64,000 nucleotides of DNA, from assembly GCA_017645245.1 (NCBI GenBank), contig JAGCPG010000022.1, positions 9,519 to 73,518 on the forward strand, in the 5' to 3' direction. Both the position numbers and the translations under genes were made by a program. This document shows positions 41,695 through 48,547 of this stretch, piece by piece. Source of the stretch: Bacteroidales bacterium. Lineage in GTDB: Bacteria; Bacteroidota; Bacteroidia; Bacteroidales; F082. Under the pieces are notes generated by a model. The model had not been told where the DNA came from. It saw nothing but the letters and a program-made list of their open reading frames with translations, and did no database searches. The first letter of the stretch is position 1. Every line of letters begins with the position of its first letter.

Positions 41695-41769
41695 CGGGGT
41701 ATGGCGCAGTCCGGCTAGCGCACCTGCTTTGGGAGCAGGGGGTCGAAGGTTCGAATCCTTTTGCCCCGA
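41695..41769 (+). tRNA. tRNA-Pro (anticodon UGG)
   Basis: Acceptor CGGGGTA/TGCCCCG. D-stem GCGC/GCGC. Anticodon stem CCTGC/GCAGG with loop TTTGGGA. T-arm GAAGG-TTCGAAT-CCTTT. Confidence 0.85.
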
Positions 41770-41830
41770 CAAAATGAAAATCATGGAGTTACGAAGATTC
41801 GTGACTCCTAATTTTTTGAAAAGGCTGAAA

Positions 41831-41886
41831 ATTTGCCCATCATTTGCCCATAGGATTTCGCAAATGGATAAAGATTTGCCCATCAT
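41831..41886 (+). repeat. three direct copies of ATTTGCCCAT(CAT) immediately downstream of tRNA-Pro
   Basis: atttgcccatcat at 41831-41843 and 41874-41886. atttgcccata at 41842-41852. An inverted partial copy (tcgcaaatgg) at 41857-41866. Confidence 0.6.
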
Positions 41887-41920
41887 CTATTTTGATTTTT
41901 GATCACCAAGGAGCATAAAA

Positions 41921-41943
41921 GAGGGTGGCTTTTGACCACCCTC
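41921..41943 (-). terminator. hairpin with T-tract on the minus strand
   Basis: gagggtgg (41921-41928) pairs with ccaccctc (41936-41943). The minus strand reads stem-loop then ttttat. It lies about 450 nt downstream of the minus-strand gene ending at 42395. Confidence 0.4.
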
Positions 41944-42059
41944 AAAACGCAAATTTAGATAACCCATTATAAAATGGGATTGCCTTAGCCGGACAAACGT
42001 CCTTCTAAAACGTGACAAAGATACATTATTTTTTGACACCCGTAACGCCATCATAATTA

Positions 42060-42390
42060 GGTGCATCTTGTTGCCGCTCCTACTCTACCCTTTTTCACGG
42101 ATGAATTCTGACTGGCTGACGAAGGCTGCGGCGGATAAACCGTCACAAGAGGGTGAAACTCCCACCCAGCAGCCTTTGGCAGACAGGCAGCTTTCTGATT
42201 ACTAACATTGTTTGAATGGGTGTGCTGAAGGCTGAGCAATCATGCGAAGCGAGAGCGGGAATGCAGAAACCAAAACATCAACCGAAGGCGGACAATGGCT
42301 GCGGCACACTAATTGCCACCAGAATGCCGTTACTGCGCTCCGCAGCCGTTGGCCGACTGAGGATACATTATAAGGGAAGGCTCCCCGAAA
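42060..42390. other. G+C-rich non-coding segment with long-range helix; possibly a degenerate relative of the 46.0/51.1/53.7-kb repeats
   Basis: No credible ORF. aatggctgcgg (42294-42304) pairs with ccgcagccgtt (42340-42350). It shares the 12-mer gaaggctgcggc (42121-42132) with 53879-53890. Confidence 0.4.
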
Positions 42391-42394
42391 TCAA

Positions 42395-42865
42395 TCAGGA
42401 AGCCTTCACTTTCTTAATAATAACTACCAGTAGTAACGAGAGGATTGCCGCTAAGACTACAACCATACCCAATAGGAACCAAACGGAATTGGGCGGCTTT
42501 TTACTTGGCGGCTCCTCCTCGATGACAACTTGCGCATAATGCACGGTGTCTTCGTAATGGATGGGTTCGGGTTCGGCCTCGTATGTGACTGTGAGGCTGT
42601 CATCAGTGGCCGCTGCCGTGAAGGTACCCTGCTCTGTGGTAACAGTGACAGTTTGGCCGTCAAGTATCGGAGCGAGGGGCATCACGGCTGAATCGACCAC
42701 TGGAGGAAGTGTAATGAAGGTGTCGATGGGATGCGCCTGGATGGTGACCAGTTCCGGGCAGCGTTCCGTCATCCGACGGATGCGACGCTGCGCACGTCGA
42801 TTGGCATCACAAGCACACATGGCCAGCGACACCGTCAATAAGAGGATGATGCAACGTGTCTTCAT
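42395..42865 (-). CDS. lipoprotein with C-terminal transmembrane anchor (unimolecular-spanin-like topology)
   Basis: N-terminal lipobox LLLTVSLAMCAC. C-terminal TM VWFLLGMVVVLAAILSLLLVVII plus KKVKAS. 156 aa. Confidence 0.4.
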   Translation of the reverse strand: MKTRCIILLLTVSLAMCACDANRRAQRRIRRMTERCPELVTIQAHPIDTFITLPPVVDSAVMPLAPILDGQTVTVTTEQGTFTAAATDDSLTVTYEAEPEPIHYEDTVHYAQVVIEEEPPSKKPPNSVWFLLGMVVVLAAILSLLLVVIIKKVKAS

Positions 42866-42869
42866 GGTT

Positions 42870-43124
42870 TTACAGGTTTTCGATCATCTGTTTCAGTTCT
42901 GCGTTTTCAAGAGTGAGCCGGGAGACCTGTGCCGAAAGCCCGACGATTTCACGTCGTGCCTCGGTGAGTTCCTGATAGACACGCTTGTTCTCCTCAACCA
43001 GGTTGAAGATGGTCTGCTGCATCTCACGGATGGTCTTGTTTTGGCGCAGCCGTGTAGCGGCAAGCCAAGAAACAACACCCGCAACAGGTGCCAGCATTGT
43101 TGTTATCCATTCATAGGTGGTCAT
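42870..43124 (-). CDS. small membrane protein with coiled-coil tail (holin- or spanin-like)
   Basis: 84 aa. N-terminal TM ITTMLAPVAGVVSWLAA, then heptad-like QELTEARREIVGLSAQVSRLTLENAELKQMIENL. 4 nt upstream of the lipoprotein gene. Confidence 0.4.
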   Translation of the reverse strand: MTTYEWITTMLAPVAGVVSWLAATRLRQNKTIREMQQTIFNLVEENKRVYQELTEARREIVGLSAQVSRLTLENAELKQMIENL

Positions 43125-43144
43125 GGCTGCACGGTTTTATCAGT

Positions 43145-43816
43145 TTAACGATCGGACTTCTCGGCTCTCGTCTTGATAAAGAATGAACCAAAGCCACGTG
43201 AAGACACATTCTCACCCTTGGTGGAATAAGTGAGGTAGAAGCGAACGGAATCGCCTTCTTCCGCCCAATTGCCGACTGGCACTGTCACGCCCATGCTTGG
43301 GTCGGTGACTTCGGTGTTGAAGACAGCGACCTTCTTTTGGGTGAGGTTGTAGGCTACAGCGATGAAGTTTGCCACAGAAGGCTTGCCAATGATCTCTACA
43401 GCGGTCTCCTCGGCATAGATGGCCAATGAACCATCGATTTCCGAAACGAGGCTCTCGAGCATCGGCGAGTCGATGCGCTCACCGTTGCCGATGCCCTCCA
43501 GCGAGGAAAGGTCAACCGTCTTGACATCATCCACAAACGCAGCGCAAGCGGCGATTTGACGGGTGAGCATATTGCGGCGTGTCAGGCCTCGAGTGGCGGA
43601 CGGAAAGAGCGAGACAAGCTGCTCATCACTGATCTGCCCCACAAGTTCCTGGACTTCCTTGAAGAAATTGCGCTGCTGCACCTGAGCATCGGTGCGAGGA
43701 TTTCTGACTGACTGTGGCTTGCCTTTCATATAGGCAATGCCGTTCCATGAGGAACCGATGACGGTTCCAACGGTACCACGGAATCCACCGAGGATCCCTT
43801 GTTTGATTTTTCCCAT
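43145..43816 (-). CDS. DUF6266-like protein (paralog 1)
   Basis: MGKIKQGILGGFRGTVGTVIGSSWNGIAYMKGKPQSVRNPRTDAQVQQRNFFKEVQELVGQ. The N-terminal ~100 aa are near-identical in pattern to the ORF at 43971..44639. Family name is from memory. Confidence 0.5.
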   Translation of the reverse strand: MGKIKQGILGGFRGTVGTVIGSSWNGIAYMKGKPQSVRNPRTDAQVQQRNFFKEVQELVGQISDEQLVSLFPSATRGLTRRNMLTRQIAACAAFVDDVKTVDLSSLEGIGNGERIDSPMLESLVSEIDGSLAIYAEETAVEIIGKPSVANFIAVAYNLTQKKVAVFNTEVTDPSMGVTVPVGNWAEEGDSVRFYLTYSTKGENVSSRGFGSFFIKTRAEKSDR

Positions 43817-43858
43817 AATCTTCTGTTTTTGATGGTTAATAACTCGTTTTTAATTTTG

Positions 43859-43891
43859 CGGACTTGGTACGGAGTTGGTACGGACTTGATC
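43859..43891. repeat. three tandem 11-bp repeats in the gap between the paralogs
   Basis: cggacttggta / cggagttggta / cggacttgatc at 43859, 43870 and 43881. Confidence 0.6.
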
Positions 43892-43921
43892 CCTACCCAA
43901 CCCATGCCGGAAAAGACCTTA

Positions 43922-43955
43922 AAAAAGCCGTCCAGAAGGGCGGCTTTTTGGCTTG
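43922..43955 (-). terminator. terminator hairpin after paralog 2
   Basis: aaaaaagccgtccagaagggcggcttttt. Stem-loop flanked by A- and T-runs, 16 nt downstream of the stop at 43971. Confidence 0.55.
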
Positions 43956-43970
43956 TCCGGGAAGAGGCTT

Positions 43971-44639
43971 TTAGGCGTTCTTCTTCGGACGGACTGGACG
44001 GTTGGTCACTGGGGTGCCGAAACCGACAAGAGCTTCAGTGGAGCCAGTAGTCAGCATGAAGCCGCTGAAGGTGTCGGTGGCTTCACCGTAAGCGGCCAGA
44101 CCGACATTGAAGGACTTGGCACCTGACGCACCGATTGCGGTGGTGGAATTGATCAAATAGACCTTCTTCTTAGTGACATTGGCCACGAATACCGTGGGGA
44201 ATTCGTCAGCGTGTTCGGTGCGGAAGTCGCCGTCACCGTTCCAAGAGACAGTCAGGTTTTCGCCAGCGGCGGCAATGGTGACATCCGGCATTTCGGCGGT
44301 CGAGGCGTTGCCGAGCGAGTTGATGTTGGCCAGATCAACGGTCTTGGTCTCACCATCGTCAACGGCCACGGCAGCGATTTGCTGTGAAAGCAGGTTGCGA
44401 CGGGTCATGCCCTTTGGCGTGGTGGGTACCAAAAAGGCCAGCTGCTCGTTGGAGAGTTGACCGATGATTTCCTGGACTTCCCTGAAGAAGGCACGTTGTT
44501 TCTGTTGCGCCGGAGTGTTGGCGTTTCTTACGGACTGGGCTTGCCCACGCATGTAGGCGATGCCGTTCCATGAGGAACCGATGACGGTTCCAACTTTTCC
44601 TTTGAATCCTCCGAGGATTCCTTGCTTGATTTTACCCAT
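43971..44639 (-). CDS. DUF6266-like protein (paralog 2)
   Basis: MGKIKQGILGGFKGKVGTVIGSSWNGIAYMRGQAQSVRNANTPAQQKQRAFFREVQEIIGQ. The C-terminal half diverges from paralog 1. Confidence 0.5.
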   Translation of the reverse strand: MGKIKQGILGGFKGKVGTVIGSSWNGIAYMRGQAQSVRNANTPAQQKQRAFFREVQEIIGQLSNEQLAFLVPTTPKGMTRRNLLSQQIAAVAVDDGETKTVDLANINSLGNASTAEMPDVTIAAAGENLTVSWNGDGDFRTEHADEFPTVFVANVTKKKVYLINSTTAIGASGAKSFNVGLAAYGEATDTFSGFMLTTGSTEALVGFGTPVTNRPVRPKKNA

Positions 44640-44817
44640 GATGATTGTTTTTTAGGGGTTAGTAATAAGTGAATTGTCAAGCCGTCACGAACATGGGCAG
44701 TACTCAGCAGGTCATAATCTTTATATTGTTTTGGGCTGCGGTTCTGGTTCCGTTCCTATGACGACGTGACAAAAGTATAATGAAAAACAGATATAAACGG
44801 AGATAAACCGTGGGCGT

Positions 44818-44851
44818 GCCTCTTGTTGCCGTTCGTTGCCTCTTGTTGCCG
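44818..44851. repeat. two direct 14-bp repeats (gcctcttgttgccg) spaced 20 bp in a divergent promoter region
   Basis: Copies at 44818-44831 and 44838-44851. The core tcttgttgccg recurs at 42066-42076. gataaaccgt occurs at 44802-44811 and 42135-42144. Confidence 0.6.
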
Positions 44852-44908
44852 CTTCTATGGAGGGAATGACGGTCTATTTTTGCAGGACAATTAAAAAACA
44901 ATAGCATT

Positions 44909-45526
44909 ATGAAGAAGTTATTTTTATTTATGGCGGCTTTGCTCCTGACGATGAGCAGCTGCCATGGGCATGCGAGCCGCGAAGCGGCGAGCGTGACAAA
45001 GGGTCTGACATGCAGCCTGTCAAGTTGGCCGAGAGGATGTCAGACGGTCGATGACAGTACAAACGTGTTCCTGAAGGTGAGCCGAGTCGTCGATGGCGAC
45101 ACCTTCGAAGGTCGGATTGATGACGGAGGCAATCCGGGCGTGAATCCGTGGGCGCGTGAGCTGACCAAAATCGTGATCAGGGTCAACGGCATCGATGCGC
45201 CGGAACGTGGGCAGTATTATGGTGACGTTGCCACGCTGCACCTGCAGTGGCTTATCAATGGCAAGGTCGTAGGCTTGAAGCTGAAGCAAAAGGACATCTA
45301 TGGCCGATGGATTGCGACGGTCTATCTGGATGGTAAGGACATCGCCGATGAGATGTTGAGTCGGGGCTTGGCCTGGCACTACAAGGAACACGACAGCAAT
45401 CCCCATTATGCTCAACTCGAGACTGAGGCGAGATGGAACGGTTTCGGGCTTTGGTGCGACGACAGGCCAGTGGCTCCGTGGATTTGGCGCACGATGAGCA
45501 AAGACCAGCGTGATGCGTACAGATAA
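44909..45526 (+). CDS. thermonuclease (staphylococcal-nuclease-like) lipoprotein
   Basis: LLLTMSSC lipobox. VVDGDTFEG, VNGIDAPERGQYYG and DIYGRWIATVYLDGKDIADEMLSRGLAWHY SNase blocks. Confidence 0.8.
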   Translation: MKKLFLFMAALLLTMSSCHGHASREAASVTKGLTCSLSSWPRGCQTVDDSTNVFLKVSRVVDGDTFEGRIDDGGNPGVNPWARELTKIVIRVNGIDAPERGQYYGDVATLHLQWLINGKVVGLKLKQKDIYGRWIATVYLDGKDIADEMLSRGLAWHYKEHDSNPHYAQLETEARWNGFGLWCDDRPVAPWIWRTMSKDQRDAYR

Positions 45527-45544
45527 TGCAGGAAGGAGGAAACC

Positions 45545-45907
45545 ATGGAACTGTCAGAATTATCAAAAAAGAGACTGGAGGGCGTGGATGAACGCCTGAA
45601 AGCAGTAGTAATGGAGTGCGCCAATCGTTGCCCCTTCCCTTTTAACGTGTCGGAAGGGCTGCGCACGGTGGAAAAGCAACGTGAGTATGTGAAGCAGGGA
45701 AAGTCGAAAACGATGAACTCAAAACACCTTGTAGGGAAAGCCGTGGACTTGTACCCGCTGAGCATGGACAGAAAGGTCGTTGACTGGTCGAGGTTTGAGG
45801 AGTTGGCGGAATTGATTTTTCAAGTGGCCAGCGACCAGAACGTCGGCATCATCTGGGGAGGAAACTGGAAAAACTCCTTTGACAAATGCCACTTTGAGTT
45901 GAGATAG
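45545..45907 (+). CDS. M15-family peptidoglycan peptidase (phage-endolysin-like)
   Basis: 120 aa. SEGLRTVEKQREYVKQGKSKTMNSKHLVGKAVDL and GGNWKNSFDKCHFEL (H..D..H zinc pattern of the M15/VanY-like fold). Confidence 0.7.
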   Translation: MELSELSKKRLEGVDERLKAVVMECANRCPFPFNVSEGLRTVEKQREYVKQGKSKTMNSKHLVGKAVDLYPLSMDRKVVDWSRFEELAELIFQVASDQNVGIIWGGNWKNSFDKCHFELR

Positions 45908-45942
45908 CTTTGTCCAACAGATCTTTTTTCTCGTTTTTCCAG

Positions 45943-45975
45943 AAGTCCCAGTCGCAAGGCTGGGATTTCTTTTTG
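45943..45975 (+). terminator. rho-independent terminator after the M15 peptidase gene
   Basis: aagtcccag / ctgggattt forms a 9-bp stem with loop tcgcaagg, followed by tctttttg. Confidence 0.65.
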
Positions 45976-45990
45976 TCGGCTGTAGCCTCC

Positions 45991-46244
45991 GGCAGGTTTG
46001 GGGCGGGATGAACAAGATGTGGAGCCCGTAGGGCGGAACACCTTAAAGGGTGGGATTCTTTGGGAGCGAAAGCTCAGGGTGCGGGAGCGCGCAAGGGATT
46101 GGAGGGGCTTGGTGCGAAGTGCAACGGAGCACCGAAGCGAAGCGGAGCCCCGGAAAGCCCGACCCCGACGGCCTTCGAGACACCTCTACCCTATCGACAA
46201 AAACCGGCCGGCCGGCGGGGATGCGCCCAAAAGAAAAAAAAGAG
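45991..46244 (+). repeat. G+C-rich structured repeat, copy R1 (internally deleted variant)
   Basis: It shares a 46-nt identical block (46095-46140 = 51414-51459), the left end ggcaggt(g)tttg, the ggcggaacacc(c)ttaaagggtggg module and the right end gcgcccaaa with copy R2. No credible coding frame. Confidence 0.75.
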
Positions 46245-46252
46245 TATTTTTG
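46245..46252 (+). promoter_or_regulatory. -7 promoter box (TATTTTTG) directly after repeat R1
   Basis: tatttttg lies 25 nt upstream of ATG 46277. Confidence 0.45.
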
Positions 46253-46276
46253 TCACGACAGAAGATAAAACACCCT

Positions 46277-47434
46277 ATGGGCATCATCAAGTATAAACGA
46301 GCGAAAAACGACAACGATGAAATCGTAAACATCGAAGAAGTCACACCTGAGATAAGGAAAGCGAATAAGTTTACCTGTATTTCGTGTGGACAAGAGTTGT
46401 CGGCATGCCTTGGGAGCAAAAACCAACATCACTTCAGGCACAAAACCGAAGTGGATTGCAACATTGAGACCTATCTTCATAAAATGGGCAAATATACTTT
46501 TGTAAAAGCCTATACCGAATGCCTTGCCAAAGGAAAACCATTCATTATTACCTTAAAGCGGAAAGTGTCTTGTGTGAAAGAAGGAAACTGTCAGGTTAGA
46601 CACTATTATGGCAGCTATCCAGATGTATGCAACACATACGGATGGGAGGACTTTGATCTGACACAATACTATGATAGCGTTGCTGAAGAGCAAACCGTTG
46701 GGTCTTTTGTCGCCGACATTCTTTTGAATAGTAGTAAGGGTTATCCGCCAATTCTCGTTGAAATCATGGTCTCCCATGCCTGCGAAGAGAACAAAAAACA
46801 ATCGGGCTATAGAATCATTGAGATAGAGCTTCATAAAGAAGAAGATTTGGAACTAATTGAATCATGTCAACTAAGACAATCGGAACCCACAGAAAGAGAT
46901 TACTACTTAGATATAGATAGCAGGAATACAAGAAGAAATAAAGAAAAAGCTCCAACTGTAAAATGTTACAATTTCCGTGGTGCCAAGAAGGAGTTACTGA
47001 ATTATTTTAAGGTATATCAATTTGCCATATACAAGAACAACCCTTCTCGTTTCAGCCTAAATGAAACGGTACAATGCGGAGAGAAGGATAAATTGATTGA
47101 ACGCCACCGAAAGGAGAATAACCTACTTTACGAGATATTGTTTTACAATGAAGGGTTGTGGGGTGCAGGTAGATTTGTGTTTGGTGTGGCCAAAGCCTTT
47201 GAAAGGGGTTTCAATATACGGAATTGCTTCCTATGCAGATACCACGCCAACAATGAGAATCGATTTACCCAAGAAGAAGACAAACCGTTTTTCTGCAAGT
47301 TATATAAAAAGCTACAGACCAAGCCCCAATGCAACTCCACACAAGCCATCAACTGTGATGCTTTCGTTCCCGACAAAAAAGCCTACGCCAACTATTTGTT
47401 GTTTTCAGATAGCTATGAAGAAATAACCTATTGA
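46277..47434 (+). CDS. CoiA-like family protein (Zn-ribbon plus PD-(D/E)xK-type nuclease core)
   Basis: Start MGIIKYKRAK. FTCISCGQELSACLGSKNQHHFRHKTEVDCNIETYLHKMGK matches the CoiA N-terminal C..CG.EL...HF.HK...C...H..K pattern. Core FVADILL...ILVEIMVSH. The upstream 93 codons of ORF 45998..47434 run through repeat R1 and are rejected. Confidence 0.55.
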   Translation: MGIIKYKRAKNDNDEIVNIEEVTPEIRKANKFTCISCGQELSACLGSKNQHHFRHKTEVDCNIETYLHKMGKYTFVKAYTECLAKGKPFIITLKRKVSCVKEGNCQVRHYYGSYPDVCNTYGWEDFDLTQYYDSVAEEQTVGSFVADILLNSSKGYPPILVEIMVSHACEENKKQSGYRIIEIELHKEEDLELIESCQLRQSEPTERDYYLDIDSRNTRRNKEKAPTVKCYNFRGAKKELLNYFKVYQFAIYKNNPSRFSLNETVQCGEKDKLIERHRKENNLLYEILFYNEGLWGAGRFVFGVAKAFERGFNIRNCFLCRYHANNENRFTQEEDKPFFCKLYKKLQTKPQCNSTQAINCDAFVPDKKAYANYLLFSDSYEEITY

Positions 47435-47465
47435 GGTCGTTAGTGTTCCTAATGAAAAATAATGC

Positions 47466-47473
47466 TAAATTTG
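47466..47473 (+). promoter_or_regulatory. -7 promoter box (TAAATTTG)
   Basis: taaatttg lies 22 nt upstream of ATG 47495. This favours the MTQENKD start for the Fic gene. Confidence 0.4.
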
Positions 47474-47494
47474 CACTCAGATTCCAAGCTAACA

Positions 47495-48547
47495 ATGACC
47501 CAAGAGAACAAGGACATATTGCTTCGGTTGCTTCAGCGGTACCATGAGCTGGGCATTGCTGACCAGATAGACTTTGAGAAGTTCTACCTGTACTCTATCA
47601 TTGTCCATTCCACTGCCATTGAAGGATCGACTGTGACGGAGGTGGAAGCGCAGCTGCTGTTTGATGAAGGCATCACCAGCAGCAAGCGCACCATGATGGA
47701 ACAGCAAATGAACCTGGATCTGAAGGTGGCTTACGAGTATGGTCGGGAATGGATCAGGAAGTACCAGCCTATTACCGTTGACTGGCTCGTACTTTTGGCC
47801 TCGAAGGTGATGGCGCACACAGGAAGTGAGTACCATTCAATGGGTGGCGATTTCAACGCCGCCAAGGGTGAGCTGCGCAAACTGAATGTCACTGCAGGTT
47901 TGGGCGGCAAGTCGTATATGGCTTACCAGAAGGTGCCGGCGAAGCTGGAGGCCTTTTGCAAGGAACTGAATGAACGCCGCAAGGCCATTGACCCCAAAGA
48001 TGTTGCGGCAGTGTATGACCTAAGTTTCTGGGCGCATTATGAGCTGGTGACCATTCATCCGTGGGCGGACGGCAACGGACGCACCTGCCGATTGCTGATG
48101 AACCTGCTGCAGTGGGAGTTTGGCGTGTTGCCGACCAAGGTTCTGAAAGAAGACAAGGCTGAGTATATCCAGGCATTGATTGACACTCGCGAGAGCGAGG
48201 ATATCGACCTATTTCTCAACTGCATGGCAGGGTTACACTGCAAGCACCTTCAGGCCGATATCGACCAATATTTGAAGTCAACCACGGGAAAAATGGTCGA
48301 TAAATCGGGTTTGAGACAGAAAATGGTCGATAAATGGTCGATAAAGCCCAGTTTAGCCAAGAAATTGGTCGATATTTTGGAATTCATGGCCGATAAGGAT
48401 GAAATCACTACCGAGATTGTCATCAAGCATTTCGGCTTCACTCCAACCACAGCCAAGCGTTATCTTCGACAGCTGACAGAATTTGGCTACCTTGAAGCCC
48501 ATGGTGGAAACAAGAATCGCAGCTATACAAAACGGACAGACTTATGA
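47495..48547 (+). CDS. Fic-family protein with C-terminal winged-helix-like region
   Basis: Canonical Fic motif HPWADGNGRTCRLL. Confidence 0.8.
   Translation: MTQENKDILLRLLQRYHELGIADQIDFEKFYLYSIIVHSTAIEGSTVTEVEAQLLFDEGITSSKRTMMEQQMNLDLKVAYEYGREWIRKYQPITVDWLVLLASKVMAHTGSEYHSMGGDFNAAKGELRKLNVTAGLGGKSYMAYQKVPAKLEAFCKELNERRKAIDPKDVAAVYDLSFWAHYELVTIHPWADGNGRTCRLLMNLLQWEFGVLPTKVLKEDKAEYIQALIDTRESEDIDLFLNCMAGLHCKHLQADIDQYLKSTTGKMVDKSGLRQKMVDKWSIKPSLAKKLVDILEFMADKDEITTEIVIKHFGFTPTTAKRYLRQLTEFGYLEAHGGNKNRSYTKRTDL

Noticed and set aside
41497-41902. ORFs 41497..41886- and 41582..41902+.
   Set aside because: They overlap the tRNA-Ser and tRNA-Pro genes and the iteron region. They are not coding.
45998-46276. 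The N-terminal 93 codons of ORF 45998..47434 (MGRDEQDVEPVGRNTLKGG...RPAGGDAPKRKK).
   Set aside because: They run through G+C-rich repeat R1, are Arg/Pro/Gly-rich low-complexity sequence, and lie upstream of the TATTTTTG box at 46245-46252. The real gene starts at MGIIKYK (46277).
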